A stretch of 64,000 bases of DNA from Nitrospinales bacterium (GCA_965223795.1 CBDCXL010000002.1:2528001-2592000), one strand, 5' to 3'. Shown: positions 18,573-28,761, counted from the stretch's first letter. The notes: generated from the sequence alone by a model not told the origin. Numbers and translations: made by a program.

Positions 18573-19556
18573 ATGAATTCGTTTAACATTCTCTTCACCA
18601 GCGTCGGGCGCAGGGTTGCTCTGCTCCGGCATTTCAGAAAAACGCTGCGGGACCTGGGCGTGCCGGGAGAAATCCACGCGACCGATCTCAGAAAGGATTC
18701 GCCGGCGTCGTTCGTGGCGGACCGTTATTTTCAGACGCCGCGGGTGAAAAGCCGCGACTACATCCCCTCGCTGCTGGAAATCTGCCGCAAGAACCGCATC
18801 AAGCTGCTCATCCCGCTCATCGACACCGAACTGAACCTGCTCGCCTCGAATGCGGAGGCGTTTCGCGATCTCGGGGTCACGCCGCTGGTCTCGTCGCTCA
18901 AAACCAATCGCATCTGCGCGGACAAGCGCAACACGTTCCGATTTTTCGAAAAGATCGGCGTGGACACGGCCAAGCTCTACGATCCGGAAGCGGTGCTTCA
19001 GGATCCGGACGCATCGTTCCCGCTGATCGTCAAGCCCGCCAGGGGCAGCGCCGGGGTGGGGGTGACGAAGGTCAACAACAAGGAAGAGTTGAAGTTCTTC
19101 AAGGACTACATCGCCAACTCGATGACCCAGGAGTACCTGGAAGGGGCGGAGTACACGCTGGATGTGCTGATCGACTTCAAGGGCAGGGTGCGCTCGGTGG
19201 TGCCGCGGCTGAGGATCGAAATCCGCGCGGGCGAGGTGAGCAAGGGCATCACGGTGAAAAACCAGCGGCTGATCGAGGAAGGCAAGCGGATCGCGGAAGC
19301 GCTGCCCGGCGCGCTGGGGGTGGTGACGCTGCAATGCTTCATCACGAAAAAGAAGCAGATCAAGTTCATCGAGATCAACCCGCGCTTCGGCGGCGGCATT
19401 CCGCTTTCGTTGAAATGCGGCGCCAATTTCCCCAAGTGGATCATCAAGATGATGCTCGGTGAGGATCCCAAGATCGCGATCGACGGCTGGAAAGAGGGCA
19501 GCGTGATGCTGCGCTACGACGACGCGATCTTCGTCAGCCGCGACGCCATCACGTGA
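18573..19556 (+). CDS. ATP-grasp domain protein (carbamoyl-phosphate-synthase-like, polysaccharide-cluster type)
   Basis: NIL.TSVGRRV, IP.IDTEL, C.DK, P.IVKP..GSAG.GV, QEYL.G.EYT.D, VPR.R...RAGEV.KG, EINPRFGGG. Confidence 0.9.
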   Translation: MNSFNILFTSVGRRVALLRHFRKTLRDLGVPGEIHATDLRKDSPASFVADRYFQTPRVKSRDYIPSLLEICRKNRIKLLIPLIDTELNLLASNAEAFRDLGVTPLVSSLKTNRICADKRNTFRFFEKIGVDTAKLYDPEAVLQDPDASFPLIVKPARGSAGVGVTKVNNKEELKFFKDYIANSMTQEYLEGAEYTLDVLIDFKGRVRSVVPRLRIEIRAGEVSKGITVKNQRLIEEGKRIAEALPGALGVVTLQCFITKKKQIKFIEINPRFGGGIPLSLKCGANFPKWIIKMMLGEDPKIAIDGWKEGSVMLRYDDAIFVSRDAIT

Positions 19557-19615
19557 TCGCATCGCCTGGGGAGAAGCCGTACACCGCAATCCAAAAACAA
19601 CCCGGACAGCCTTTC

Positions 19616-20317
19616 ATGATCAACGCGGTCGTATTCGATCTGGACGACACCCTGTTTGCCGAGCACGAATTCGTGCGCAGCGGTTTCTGCGCGGTGGGCG
19701 TCTGGGTCGAGCGCCGGTTCGCGCGGCGGGACTTTTTCCCGATCGCCTGGGAGCTGTTCCATAATGGCGAACGCACGCGCATCTTCGACCGCACTCTGGA
19801 TGCGTTATCGATCCCGCACGATCCGGAGCTGATCCAGGATATGGTGGACGTGTACCGGGACCATTTTCCGCGCCTCACGCTTTTAGAGGACGCGCGCGCG
19901 ATCCTTGATGCGGTCGAAGGCAAAAAGAAGCTCGGCATCATCACCGACGGGTTTTTGAACGCGCAGAAAAACAAGGTTAAGGCGCTGAAGCTGGAAGAAC
20001 GGTTCGATGCGATCGTCTATTCGGACCAGTTCGGCCGCGAAGGCTGGAAACCGAGCCCGCAGCCGTATCAGAAAATCATGGAGCTTTTGCGCTGCACCGG
20101 TCCGGAGTGCCTGTACGTGGGCGACAACCCGGCCAAGGATTTCGTCACCGCGAGAGCGCTGGGCTGGAAGACGGTTCAGATCAGCCGTGAAAACGGGGTG
20201 TACGCTTCGGTGGTCGCCAGGGACGCGGACCACGAGCCCGACGGCAAGATCGCCTCGCTTCTCGATCTCACGCACTATCTAGACCTTCCGGCTGATAAAA
20301 AACTCAAAACTCAGTAA
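19616..20317 (+). CDS. HAD superfamily hydrolase
   Basis: FDLDDTL, IITDG, KP, YVGDNP.KDF. Confidence 0.92.
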   Translation: MINAVVFDLDDTLFAEHEFVRSGFCAVGVWVERRFARRDFFPIAWELFHNGERTRIFDRTLDALSIPHDPELIQDMVDVYRDHFPRLTLLEDARAILDAVEGKKKLGIITDGFLNAQKNKVKALKLEERFDAIVYSDQFGREGWKPSPQPYQKIMELLRCTGPECLYVGDNPAKDFVTARALGWKTVQISRENGVYASVVARDADHEPDGKIASLLDLTHYLDLPADKKLKTQ

Positions 20318-20358
20318 AAAAAGGGCGGGGAAAGCGACTGCTTTCTCCCGCCCCTTTT
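20317..20358. terminator. Bidirectional rho-independent terminator between convergent genes
   Basis: A run, GGGCGGGGAAAGC/GCTTTCTCCCGCCC stem, TTTT. Confidence 0.75.
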
Positions 20359-20394
20359 AACCGAGGTCTCCTCCTCGTTTGACTTCAAGCAAGT

Positions 20395-20901
20395 TTACTG
20401 GGTCATGCCGTTGGGTTTTTCGCCTTCCCACCATTTGCCCCATTTGATCGATGTCACGTTGCGCTTGAAGATGGGGGCCTGCCGGTAGTACGCGTCGTAG
20501 GCTCCGGACTGACGCATGGCGCCGTTGGCGAACCATTGCCGGTCGGGGAAATTTTCCAGGTTGAGGATCCAGACCGGCTTGTCGTCTTTTTTGGTGATGA
20601 CGAGGTAGCCCCGGTCCTTGCCGAACTCGGGGTTGCCGAACAGGGTCACGGTGGTTCCCGCCGGGCCGGACAGCACCAGAGTGTATTTGCCCGTGCGCGC
20701 GTAGCAGTCGTAGTGGCGCATGTCGACAACGTCGTCGCCCTTTTTGATGTGCATCAGCTCGTCGCAGGCGCTGTCGCCCTGGGAGTAGTGGATGTCGAGC
20801 CGGAGCTTGTCGAGCACGAGTTCGCTGTTGTTTTTGGCCAGGGCGGGGCTTGCGAGAAATGCGGTGATCATGATTGCCGCCAGGGTGGTTCGGATGTGCA
20901 T
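20395..20901 (-). CDS. Secreted hypothetical protein, paralog of 28762..29283, beta/gamma-crystallin-like motifs
   Basis: GAGGGAG RBS; signal peptide ending ASPALA; shares GP.GTTVTLFG, GYLV, VW.L.LE.FP, RQSG.Y, RNV.S..WG.WW with the paralog. Confidence 0.85.
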   Translation of the reverse strand: MHIRTTLAAIMITAFLASPALAKNNSELVLDKLRLDIHYSQGDSACDELMHIKKGDDVVDMRHYDCYARTGKYTLVLSGPAGTTVTLFGNPEFGKDRGYLVITKKDDKPVWILNLENFPDRQWFANGAMRQSGAYDAYYRQAPIFKRNVTSIKWGKWWEGEKPNGMTQ

Positions 20902-20985
20902 GTCTCCCTCCAAAGGAAAATGAATTGCGGAGTCTCCTCTCCCAAGAATCTTTGCATCAGTCCTTCGTGTGCCAGCCTGATCCAG

Positions 20986-21012
20986 TCGTCCTTCGACAAG
21001 CTCAGGACGACA
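20986..21012. repeat. Family D (REP-like) hairpin element
   Basis: TCGTCCT-TCGACAAGCTC-AGGACGA-CA; a degenerate C-like element lies near 21055-21090. Confidence 0.8.
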
Positions 21013-21114
21013 TGTCCGTGTGGATCGGCGCCCGTCCGGCTCATGCAAAATTTTCCTCTCCCGGGGATGGGGTCTCCCATCCCCCCTCCATCCTTACAAC
21101 GATCGGGAAAAAAA

Positions 21115-22533
21115 TCAACCGGCGGGAATGGCCGCGGCGGCGGCGTTCAGGCGGGCGCTGGCGGTTTCGCGGCCCAGAAGCTGCACCACGTCGTAGATGC
21201 CGGGGCTTTCCTTGCTGCCGGTGAGGGCGACGCGCACCGGCTGGGCGAGCTTGCCGAGCTTGAGGCCCCGCTCGGCGACGATCTCCTTGAAGGCGGTCTC
21301 GATCGAATCGTGGTTAAAGTCTTTTAAATTCAATATCTTATTGGATAAATCCTCAAGCAGCGGCTTCGCTTCCGGAGTGAGGAATTTCTGCCTGGCGGCA
21401 TCGTCGAATTCCACGTCCTTGCGGAAATAAAACGCGGCCTTGTGCGCCATCTCGACGAGGGTCTTGCTCCGCTCGTTGAGCGCCGGGATGACGCGGGCGA
21501 GGTCCTCGGGCTCGAACCCATGCCGCTGAGGCAGGATTTTCTCCTGGATCAGCACGGTTTCCAGGGTTTTGGCGAGTTCTTCCGGCGGCGTGGCCTTGAT
21601 GTACTGCTGGTTGAGCCAGTCGAGTTTTTCCGGGTTGAACACCGCCGCGGACAGGGTGACGTTCTCCAGGGAAAAATGTTCGATCAGCTCCTTGCGGGTG
21701 AAGATCTCCTGATCGCCGTGCGACCAGCCCAGCCGCACCAGATAGTTGACCAGCGCGTCGGGCAGGTAGCCCTGGTCGCGGTAGGCGAGGGTGGAGGTGG
21801 CCCCGTGGCGCTTGCTGAGCCGGGTCTTGTCGGTGCCCAGGATCAGGGAGATGTGGGCGAACTTCGGCCGGGGATACTCGAACGCGTCGTATAAAAGCGC
21901 CTGCCGCGGCGTGTTGGACAGGTGGTCGTCGCCGCGGATGACGTGGGAGATGCGCATGTCGGTGTCGTCCACCACGACGACGAAATTGTAGGTCGGGGTG
22001 CCGTCGCTGCGCTGGATGATGAGGTCGTCGAGCTCGGCCACGTCGAACACCACCTTGCCGCGCAGGACATCGTCCACGCTGATCGTTCCTTCGAGCGGCG
22101 TTTTGAAGCGCACCACGGAAGGAAGATCTTCGGGAACGTCGGTGCGGTTTCGGCATCGGCCGTCGTATTTGGGTTTCAATCCTTTTTTTTGCGCTTCTTT
22201 GCGGCGCGTTTCGAGTTCTTCTGGTGTACAATAACAGTGGTAGGCTTTCTCCTGCCGGAGGAGAAGCGCTATCTTTTCCTTATAGAGATTGGAACGCTCC
22301 GTCTGCCGGAAGGGGCCTTCGTCCCAATCGAGACCCAGCCAAAGCATTGCCTGCAGGATTTCATGGATCGATTGCTCCGTGGATCTGGATAAATCCGTGT
22401 CCTCGATACGCAGGATGAATTTTCCCTTGTGATGTCTGGCGAACAGCCAGTTGAACAATGCGGTCCGGACGCCGCCGATATGCAGCGTTCCCGTCGGGCT
22501 GGGTGCGAAACGCACGCGAATGGAATCGTTCAT
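21115..22533 (-). CDS. gltX: Glutamate--tRNA ligase
   Basis: RFAPSPTG.LHIGG, LRIEDTD, CYC, VIRGDDH.SNT, LSKR, anticodon-binding domain. Confidence 0.97.
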   Translation of the reverse strand: MNDSIRVRFAPSPTGTLHIGGVRTALFNWLFARHHKGKFILRIEDTDLSRSTEQSIHEILQAMLWLGLDWDEGPFRQTERSNLYKEKIALLLRQEKAYHCYCTPEELETRRKEAQKKGLKPKYDGRCRNRTDVPEDLPSVVRFKTPLEGTISVDDVLRGKVVFDVAELDDLIIQRSDGTPTYNFVVVVDDTDMRISHVIRGDDHLSNTPRQALLYDAFEYPRPKFAHISLILGTDKTRLSKRHGATSTLAYRDQGYLPDALVNYLVRLGWSHGDQEIFTRKELIEHFSLENVTLSAAVFNPEKLDWLNQQYIKATPPEELAKTLETVLIQEKILPQRHGFEPEDLARVIPALNERSKTLVEMAHKAAFYFRKDVEFDDAARQKFLTPEAKPLLEDLSNKILNLKDFNHDSIETAFKEIVAERGLKLGKLAQPVRVALTGSKESPGIYDVVQLLGRETASARLNAAAAAIPAG

Positions 22534-22696
22534 GAGCTTTTCTGGTTTCCTTTTGTAAAACCGCTGCCTAATTGGCCGGGGCGTGAGTGTGAAAGCGCTA
22601 CAGTAACAAATTCGCTGAAGTGATTGAAGTATTAAGATAACATATTATAGATGAACAGGTTAAAGGGTCCGCGCCGGTGGTCCGGGGCGCACCCGA

Positions 22697-23848
22697 GTGA
22701 AAGGGAGGAGCCCGGCATTGCGTAAAATCAATCCCGTCGCAGTCATCTTTTTGGTCTTCGGCCTGCTTTTGTTTGCGGCGAACTGGTACATCAAAAACCA
22801 CGTCGCCAAGCCGCTTCCGGAAGCAGCCACGAAAACGGTCGAATTCACCGGCAAGGTCGAGGTGCGCCAGCAATCGCTGCACTTTCAAACGCCCGGCAAG
22901 GTCGGAGACGTTCTGGTGTCGGTGGGCGATGTGGTGGAGAAGGATCAGACCGTGGCGCGGCTGGACAATCAGGAACTGGTGGACGAAGTGGCTCTGTTGA
23001 AGAAGAAGGTGCAGGACGCGCAGGCGGAGCTTGAAACGATGCTTTCCGGACTGGCGCCGGAAACATCCGCTCCCGCCGCCGTGACGCCGAAAGACGAAGA
23101 CCTGGAAACAAAGCACAGGGAGGAAATCTCCGTCGCCGAAACGGCGGTGGCGCACGCGCGGGACGAGATGGAAACCATGCGTCTGGAGGTGGCGCGCTAT
23201 GAAAAGATGTTCAAAGAAGGCACCGCTCCCGAAAAGGAATTGCAGAAAGCGAAATCGGATTTTGAGACCGCCAAAGCGCAGGTGAAGGAAGCGGAAGAGA
23301 TGCTGCGCGTGGTGAAGCAGGCGCCGCCGGTGGAACCGCCGCCGCCGACCAAGGTGGCGCTGGTGAAAGCGGCTCCCAAGGTGACAATGGCGCCGGCGGG
23401 CAAGGGGGCCGATGTTCAGCAGCGCCTCGCCCAGGCCAAAGCGGCGCTCGCCCAGGCGGAAGAAAAGCTCCGGCTGGCGGAAGTCGTGGCGCCCTTTCCC
23501 GGCCATATCATGGAACGGAGCCTCGACCCCGGTGAGTTCACGGTCGCCGGAACGCAGGTGGCGACGATCGGCAAGCTCGACCCGGTCTGGATCTGGGGCT
23601 ACGTGGACGGCGAGGACGGCGCCGCAATAAAAAAAGGCATGGAGGTGCTGGTCTCCTCGCGATCCCTGCAGGAAAAGGTTTTCTCCGGCAAAGTCGTGCA
23701 TGTCGCCGCCCCCAAACAGGCTCCGCAGGGCGCGGATGCGAAGCCGTCCGGCAAGAAGGGTTCCTATCACATCAAGGTGGCGGTTCCCAATCCGGATCTG
23801 CATCTGCAGCCGGGAATGGAAGCGAACGTGACAATCGAAATGAAGTGA
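22697..23848 (+). CDS. HlyD family membrane fusion (periplasmic adaptor) protein
   Basis: N-terminal TM, GKV..V.V..GD.V...Q.VA.LD, coiled coil, V.APF.G.I, L.PGM. Confidence 0.88.
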   Translation: MKGRSPALRKINPVAVIFLVFGLLLFAANWYIKNHVAKPLPEAATKTVEFTGKVEVRQQSLHFQTPGKVGDVLVSVGDVVEKDQTVARLDNQELVDEVALLKKKVQDAQAELETMLSGLAPETSAPAAVTPKDEDLETKHREEISVAETAVAHARDEMETMRLEVARYEKMFKEGTAPEKELQKAKSDFETAKAQVKEAEEMLRVVKQAPPVEPPPPTKVALVKAAPKVTMAPAGKGADVQQRLAQAKAALAQAEEKLRLAEVVAPFPGHIMERSLDPGEFTVAGTQVATIGKLDPVWIWGYVDGEDGAAIKKGMEVLVSSRSLQEKVFSGKVVHVAAPKQAPQGADAKPSGKKGSYHIKVAVPNPDLHLQPGMEANVTIEMK

Positions 23849-24105
23849 CAACCCGCGGGCACCCTCTGACGCAGTTGCATTCTGACTTTTCCGTCAAATT
23901 TCCCCCGTCCGTCAATAATCAGTGGCAGCGGACCCGCGCCGCGGCCGCAGGCTGAGTGGACGATCCCTTTATGCACAAAGGATTTTGCGCCGGACTTGCT
24001 TTTTTAGAATGACTGGTATATATTTTGCTTTTCCTTCCATGTAATGAATGAATTCCACGGCGGCCTCGCATCCGTCCGTTGGCCATTTTTTTTCAGGAGG
24101 GTGGG

Positions 24106-24318
24106 ATGAGCAAAGCGGAATCCTTGCAGGAGGCGTGTCACGACCATTCGTCCAGCGCCGTTCACAAGCGCAATCTGTTGTTGATCGCCAAGCAAAACGC
24201 ACGTCCGGGAATCTTTGAAGCTTTGGGGGCGTTCGACCGCAAGAAGGACGATGCGGAGCTGTTCGGCAACGACCAGTACCGCCGCATGATGAACACGCTC
24301 ATCCACCGCAGCCTTTGA
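24106..24318 (+). CDS. Hypothetical protein (70 aa)
   Basis: AGGAGG RBS before ATG 24106; plausible codon usage. Confidence 0.55.
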   Translation: MSKAESLQEACHDHSSSAVHKRNLLLIAKQNARPGIFEALGAFDRKKDDAELFGNDQYRRMMNTLIHRSL

Positions 24319-24486
24319 TCCCGCGTCAAACCACCGTTTCCTGAGAAGTCTCACGCCTGATTTCTGCTTGCGACACGCAAGCATCCATCCGTGTTTTCAA
24401 TTTAAATTTTAAGGAAACTCCCAGTGGGGCAGGGATGGGGGAAGGCGGTTCTTGCTCGTCTTGCGGATTTGGAAGAAAAGACGCAC

Positions 24487-24518
24487 AAAAAGAAACAGCC
24501 GGCCATTTGGCCGGCTGT
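24487..24518 (-). terminator. Rho-independent terminator
   Basis: ACAGCCGGCCA/TGGCCGGCTGT stem followed by TTCTTTTT on the minus strand. Confidence 0.75.
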
Positions 24519-24568
24519 CCCAGGGTAAGGGCTTCACTCGCCAAAGAAAAAGCCCTAACAGGTAAACC

Positions 24569-25009
24569 TTATTTGCATTCGACCGTAACCGGAATTGCGC
24601 CGGTGTTGGTGATTTTCACGGTGCCGCTGATGTCGCCGATGGAATCGCCACGGCTGAAAGCAGGCTGCTTTTTCAGAGTCACGCCAGCGGGACCCATCGT
24701 GCCCATCGGTCCAAGACCGGTGCGGCCTTTGTCGGTCGCGGTGATGCTGCGGTGGTCGTCGTTGGGTCCCAGGGTGATGGGAACCGTGGTGTAGTTGGAG
24801 GATTTCCAGATCACCAGATTGGCGGAACCGCGGTCGTTGCTGGTGTAGCCGAATTTATCGTTGTTTTGCGGTGCGGTCTTTACGACCTGGATGTCGATGG
24901 CGTTGGCGTCTTTGCAGGAGGTCACCTGATTCGGATTCAGCTGACCCGCGAAAGCGGAAGCGCTGAGGCTCACGACAAAAATCACGGTAAAAAATACGAT
25001 GCGTTTCAT
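24569..25009 (-). CDS. Secreted hypothetical protein (146 aa, two Cys)
   Basis: AGGAG RBS; signal peptide ending ASAFA; beta-rich mature region. Confidence 0.85.
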   Translation of the reverse strand: MKRIVFFTVIFVVSLSASAFAGQLNPNQVTSCKDANAIDIQVVKTAPQNNDKFGYTSNDRGSANLVIWKSSNYTTVPITLGPNDDHRSITATDKGRTGLGPMGTMGPAGVTLKKQPAFSRGDSIGDISGTVKITNTGAIPVTVECK

Positions 25010-25085
25010 TCCCTGCTCCTTTCAATCATGGTTGAAGTCGGTCTGCGCTGAATTCTCCGGGGGAGGCTAGCGGTCGAGGGTGGAG

Positions 25086-25490
25086 TCAAACGGGTTTGAG
25101 GCCGCCCACATTCAGTTGCAGACACAGGTCCTTGTCTTTATCCGGCGTTCGCGAGTAACAGATCCAGTACGTCCCCTGATGCGAGAACTCGAGCCCGAAT
25201 GTTTCGCCGGGCAGCAGTCTCTGTATGTGCACCAGTTTTTTACCGGAGGATTCTTTTAAGACCATGAGATCGATCAGCGGATGGCTGAACTCATTTTGCA
25301 CCTGGATCAAGGATCCCGGTGACACAGTGACGGGATACTCGACGCCCTCCGGTGGATGGAGCGAGATCTTACGCGGCGACGCTTCCGCCGAACCGAGTTT
25401 CCATCCTGCGAAAACAACCGCACACAGAAGAGCCGCTGTGAGGGCACCTGAAATGGATTGGATCGATGATTTTCTGTTCCGGTGGATCAT
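25086..25490 (-). CDS. Exported hypothetical protein, possible cupredoxin-like fold
   Basis: Hydrophobic leader; V.V.PG..I.V.N, L.PGETF..EF...GTY..C pattern. Confidence 0.6.
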   Translation of the reverse strand: MIHRNRKSSIQSISGALTAALLCAVVFAGWKLGSAEASPRKISLHPPEGVEYPVTVSPGSLIQVQNEFSHPLIDLMVLKESSGKKLVHIQRLLPGETFGLEFSHQGTYWICYSRTPDKDKDLCLQLNVGGLKPV

Positions 25491-25763
25491 TTTCGCGGTT
25501 TTGTAAGATGATGGGGCTGCGCGTGCTCAGGGTCCGTCAGACTGAAGTTCTTATAATGATGCCCGTGGATATTGAGAAAACAGAACGCCTTGTAAATTTG
25601 GGGCATTTTAGGCGAAGCCGGGTGGATGCGGTATCAGCCGTTCTCTGTATTTTGAGTAGGCTTGGGTCCTGTGGCGTGTCGGAATATTCTGATTCGGTAT
25701 GCGTGTGTTTCCCGCGTGGACAGGCGGGAAAGGGTTCCCGTGACCGAACAGGGAAAGCGGGGC

Positions 25764-26399
25764 TTACAGAAGTTTGTGATTGATGGCGTAATGGATCAAT
25801 TCAGAATTGCGTGTGAGTTGCATTTTTTCGAGTATGCGCGACCGGTAGGTGCTGATGGTTTTCACGCTCAAAGAGAGCTTGATGCCGATCTCAGTGAGCG
25901 ACTGTCCGCCAGCGATCATGCAGAAGACCTGGTATTCCCGGTCGGAAAGCGTTTCGTGCGGCAGCTTGTCGGTATCGGAATAATGAAACGCCAGCTTTTC
26001 CATCACCGCCGGGCTTGCGAATTTTCCGCCCAACGCCACCTTGCGCACCGCCGAGATGAGCATGTCCGGAGCGCTTTCCTTTGTCAGGTATCCGGACGCC
26101 CCGGCTTTGAGGTAACGCACGGCATACTGTTCCTCCGGGTAGACGCTCACGACCAGAACGGGCAGTTTGGGATGGCTTGCCTTAAGCTGCTTCATGGTCT
26201 CGAACCCGTTTTTGCCCGGCATGGCGATATCGAGGATGACGAGATGAAATTCGTTCTGTTGAACTTTTGTCAGAAGATCGTCCCCGTTTTCCGCTTCGGC
26301 AGTCACTTCGATGTCTTCGGTTTCGGAAAACGTGTGCTTGAGACCCTGGCGGAATAAAGGGTGGTCGTCCGCAATCAACAGCTTTATTTTTTCTTTCAT
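25764..26399 (-). CDS. NarL/FixJ (LuxR-HTH) family response regulator
   Basis: IADDH, LDI.MPG, GASGYL.K, LSDRE.QV, LSVKTISTYR. Confidence 0.95.
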   Translation of the reverse strand: MKEKIKLLIADDHPLFRQGLKHTFSETEDIEVTAEAENGDDLLTKVQQNEFHLVILDIAMPGKNGFETMKQLKASHPKLPVLVVSVYPEEQYAVRYLKAGASGYLTKESAPDMLISAVRKVALGGKFASPAVMEKLAFHYSDTDKLPHETLSDREYQVFCMIAGGQSLTEIGIKLSLSVKTISTYRSRILEKMQLTRNSELIHYAINHKLL

Positions 26400-28420
26400 G
26401 GTTTCGATTCCGTTTCTGGGTTGTGAATGCGTATGGTCACCGTGGTCCCTTCATTGGGTACCCCGTTTATATCGACTTCACCACCCCAGACCAGAGCGCG
26501 CTCGCGGATTCCAAGAAGACCCAGCGATCTTAAGTTGAAGATCTGTTCGTGGGTGATTCCAAGCCCATTGTCCTTCACATTCAGGGTCACCAGACCGTCA
26601 CGCTCATGCAGCTCCACCCAAATCCGGTTGGCGTTCGCGTGGCGCGCGACGTTGGTCAAAGTTTCCTGGAAGATGCGGAACAGCGTCGTGGCCCGGTCCT
26701 TGTCCAGAGAAAGGCGGTTTTCATCCAGCTCGATGTGGCACTGAATGCCCGTTCTTCTCTCGAATTCCGCCGCCTGCCATTCGATGGCCTCCTCCAGCCC
26801 CAGCTCATCGAGCAGCGGAGGGCGCAGATCCATGACGATCTTTTTCCCCATCTGGATCGAATTGTCGATCAGCTTCAGCATCAGTTCGGTGAAGGAGCGC
26901 AGGTCCGACGCTTTGTGGACGAGCTTGTTGTCCAGAAGCGCGACTTCGAGTTTCAATGTTGTGAGGATCTGGGCGAGTTCGTCGTGGATTTCCCGGGCCA
27001 TGCGGGAGCGCTCTTCTTCCCGCACCAGCTCCAGGCGGTGATACAGTTTGCGCAGCTGCTCGCGCGAGCGTTTGATTTCCTTTTCCGCCTGTTTGCGTTC
27101 GGCGGCGACGCTCAATAAATGCGCGAGTCCGTCGATCATATCCCGCTCTTCCTTGATGAACGGGTCGCTGGTGTCGCCGCCGCCCACGGGCCGGCTGTAA
27201 AACACATCCAGGCTGCCGTGGACGCCGCCGTGAATGGCGATGTCGCGGGAAAGCTTCCAGGGCGTTTCCTCGAGGGGTTCCTTCGGGAAGGTGTCGCCGT
27301 CGAAATTCACTTTGACCTGCGCCAGTTCCGGATACTGCATTCCCGGAATGATGATGGATCCCACCTTTTGCAGAACTTCCTTCATGGTGCGGGAGGTGCC
27401 GACCAGATTGGCCACGCCGTACATCGAGGTCAGTTCCTTGACCCGTTCCCTCAGCGACTTTAAGAGTTTTTTCTGTTCTTTCTCCGCCCGCTTGCGTTCG
27501 ATCACCCTTCCGAGCTGGGTGCCCACCTGTCCCATGATCTCCAGCATTTCCTTGTCGGGCTCGACGGCTTCCGATGAGAAAAACTCCATGACGCCGACCG
27601 TTTCCTTTCCGATCAGAATGGGAAAGGCGAATCCGGCTTTCACGCCGATATTTTCCGCAAGCTTGGCGCGTGGAAAATTACGATCGCGGGTCACGTCGAT
27701 GATCCAGGCGGGCTCTCCGTTCTGCATGACCCTTCCTGGCAGCCCGACGCCGCTGTCCAGGGAAGTCGCTTCCGTGATTTTACGAAAGGTTTCAAACCGG
27801 CCGGGATCTTCCAGATACCAGATCGCCGTGGGCTCGAGCTGGTCTAAGGACGCTTCGCTGCGGAGGTAGATGTGCCCCACCGGCCAGCCCGTGTGCTCGC
27901 ACACGCGTTTCATGCCGTATTCCAGAGCGGCTTCGACAGTGCGGGACTCGTTGGAAGCCACCGCGATGTCCTTGTGCAGCTGCACGTATTCTTTTTCGCG
28001 GCGCAGCAGGTTGAGCGTCTGGTTGAGCATCGTGGTCCGTTCTTGCACCCGTTGTTCGAGGTCTTTGTTGGCGTCGCGGATTTTTTGGCTGGCGCGGATT
28101 TTCCACAGGCACAGGTACGCCGTGGTCCAGATCGTGAGGACCGCCAGGCCCCGGTTGGCGACCACTTTCCAGGACTCGCCTCCGGGCGGCGACAGGAAAT
28201 ACCCGACGATGGTGAGGACCGTGCCGGTCAAGGCCGCCCATAGCAGGAACGGAAGCGACCGGGCCCTGAGCCCCAAAAGCACCACCGCCACGTAAAGCAT
28301 GCCGTCGGCGACCCCTAACGGCAGATTCAGGTCGAGAATGAAAATGGTCAGCGCGATGACCACACCTAAAATGGCGAGCGTGCGCGAGGTTGTCTGTTTT
28401 TCGGTGGAAAGTTCCATCAT
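26396..28420 (-). CDS. Membrane sensor histidine kinase with GAF domain and HisKA_3/HATPase
   Basis: Four N-terminal TMs, G.GLPGRV GAF, EERSRMAREIHDELAQ, LRP..LD.LGL, FRI.QE.LTNV.RHA, DNG.G, GL.GI.ER; overlaps the regulator start. Confidence 0.93.
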   Translation of the reverse strand: MMELSTEKQTTSRTLAILGVVIALTIFILDLNLPLGVADGMLYVAVVLLGLRARSLPFLLWAALTGTVLTIVGYFLSPPGGESWKVVANRGLAVLTIWTTAYLCLWKIRASQKIRDANKDLEQRVQERTTMLNQTLNLLRREKEYVQLHKDIAVASNESRTVEAALEYGMKRVCEHTGWPVGHIYLRSEASLDQLEPTAIWYLEDPGRFETFRKITEATSLDSGVGLPGRVMQNGEPAWIIDVTRDRNFPRAKLAENIGVKAGFAFPILIGKETVGVMEFFSSEAVEPDKEMLEIMGQVGTQLGRVIERKRAEKEQKKLLKSLRERVKELTSMYGVANLVGTSRTMKEVLQKVGSIIIPGMQYPELAQVKVNFDGDTFPKEPLEETPWKLSRDIAIHGGVHGSLDVFYSRPVGGGDTSDPFIKEERDMIDGLAHLLSVAAERKQAEKEIKRSREQLRKLYHRLELVREEERSRMAREIHDELAQILTTLKLEVALLDNKLVHKASDLRSFTELMLKLIDNSIQMGKKIVMDLRPPLLDELGLEEAIEWQAAEFERRTGIQCHIELDENRLSLDKDRATTLFRIFQETLTNVARHANANRIWVELHERDGLVTLNVKDNGLGITHEQIFNLRSLGLLGIRERALVWGGEVDINGVPNEGTTVTIRIHNPETESKP

Positions 28421-28761
28421 TCCATGCTCATGCCCCCGGCGGATCGGGGACGGTGCAACCGGAAATAAAAAACGCAATGGGCTCAATACAGGGTTTTGAA
28501 TCGCTCGTGAAGACCGGATGGCGTCTCTGGCCGCAACCGGATCCAGCTGAACGGGATGCGGCGGGAGATTGGGGGGAGGCGGTGACCCTGAAAATTGCCA
28601 AAGTTGTCCTTTTTCCGAATTTTTCAGTTTATTATAATTGAAATTCGAGGGGAAATCTAAATTTGAATCGGAACCGCCAAAAACACCTCAAGAATCGCGG
28701 GTTTTTCGTGGCCGGGGGCTTCCCACCGCACGGTTTTGATTCCTTCTGATCAGGAGGCGGC

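Noticed and set aside
20902..21048. N-terminal extension of the 217-aa ORF; also ORFs 55001-55228, 57224-57694 and 62806-63057
   Set aside because: They translate repeat DNA (PELVEG, FDRLRVT, YPVHPV); the real start at 20901 has an RBS and signal peptide
22140..22480. More AT-rich patches inside gltX (also 21310-21370) as recombination tracts
   Set aside because: Frame and motifs are intact and the shift cannot be separated from noise without homolog alignments
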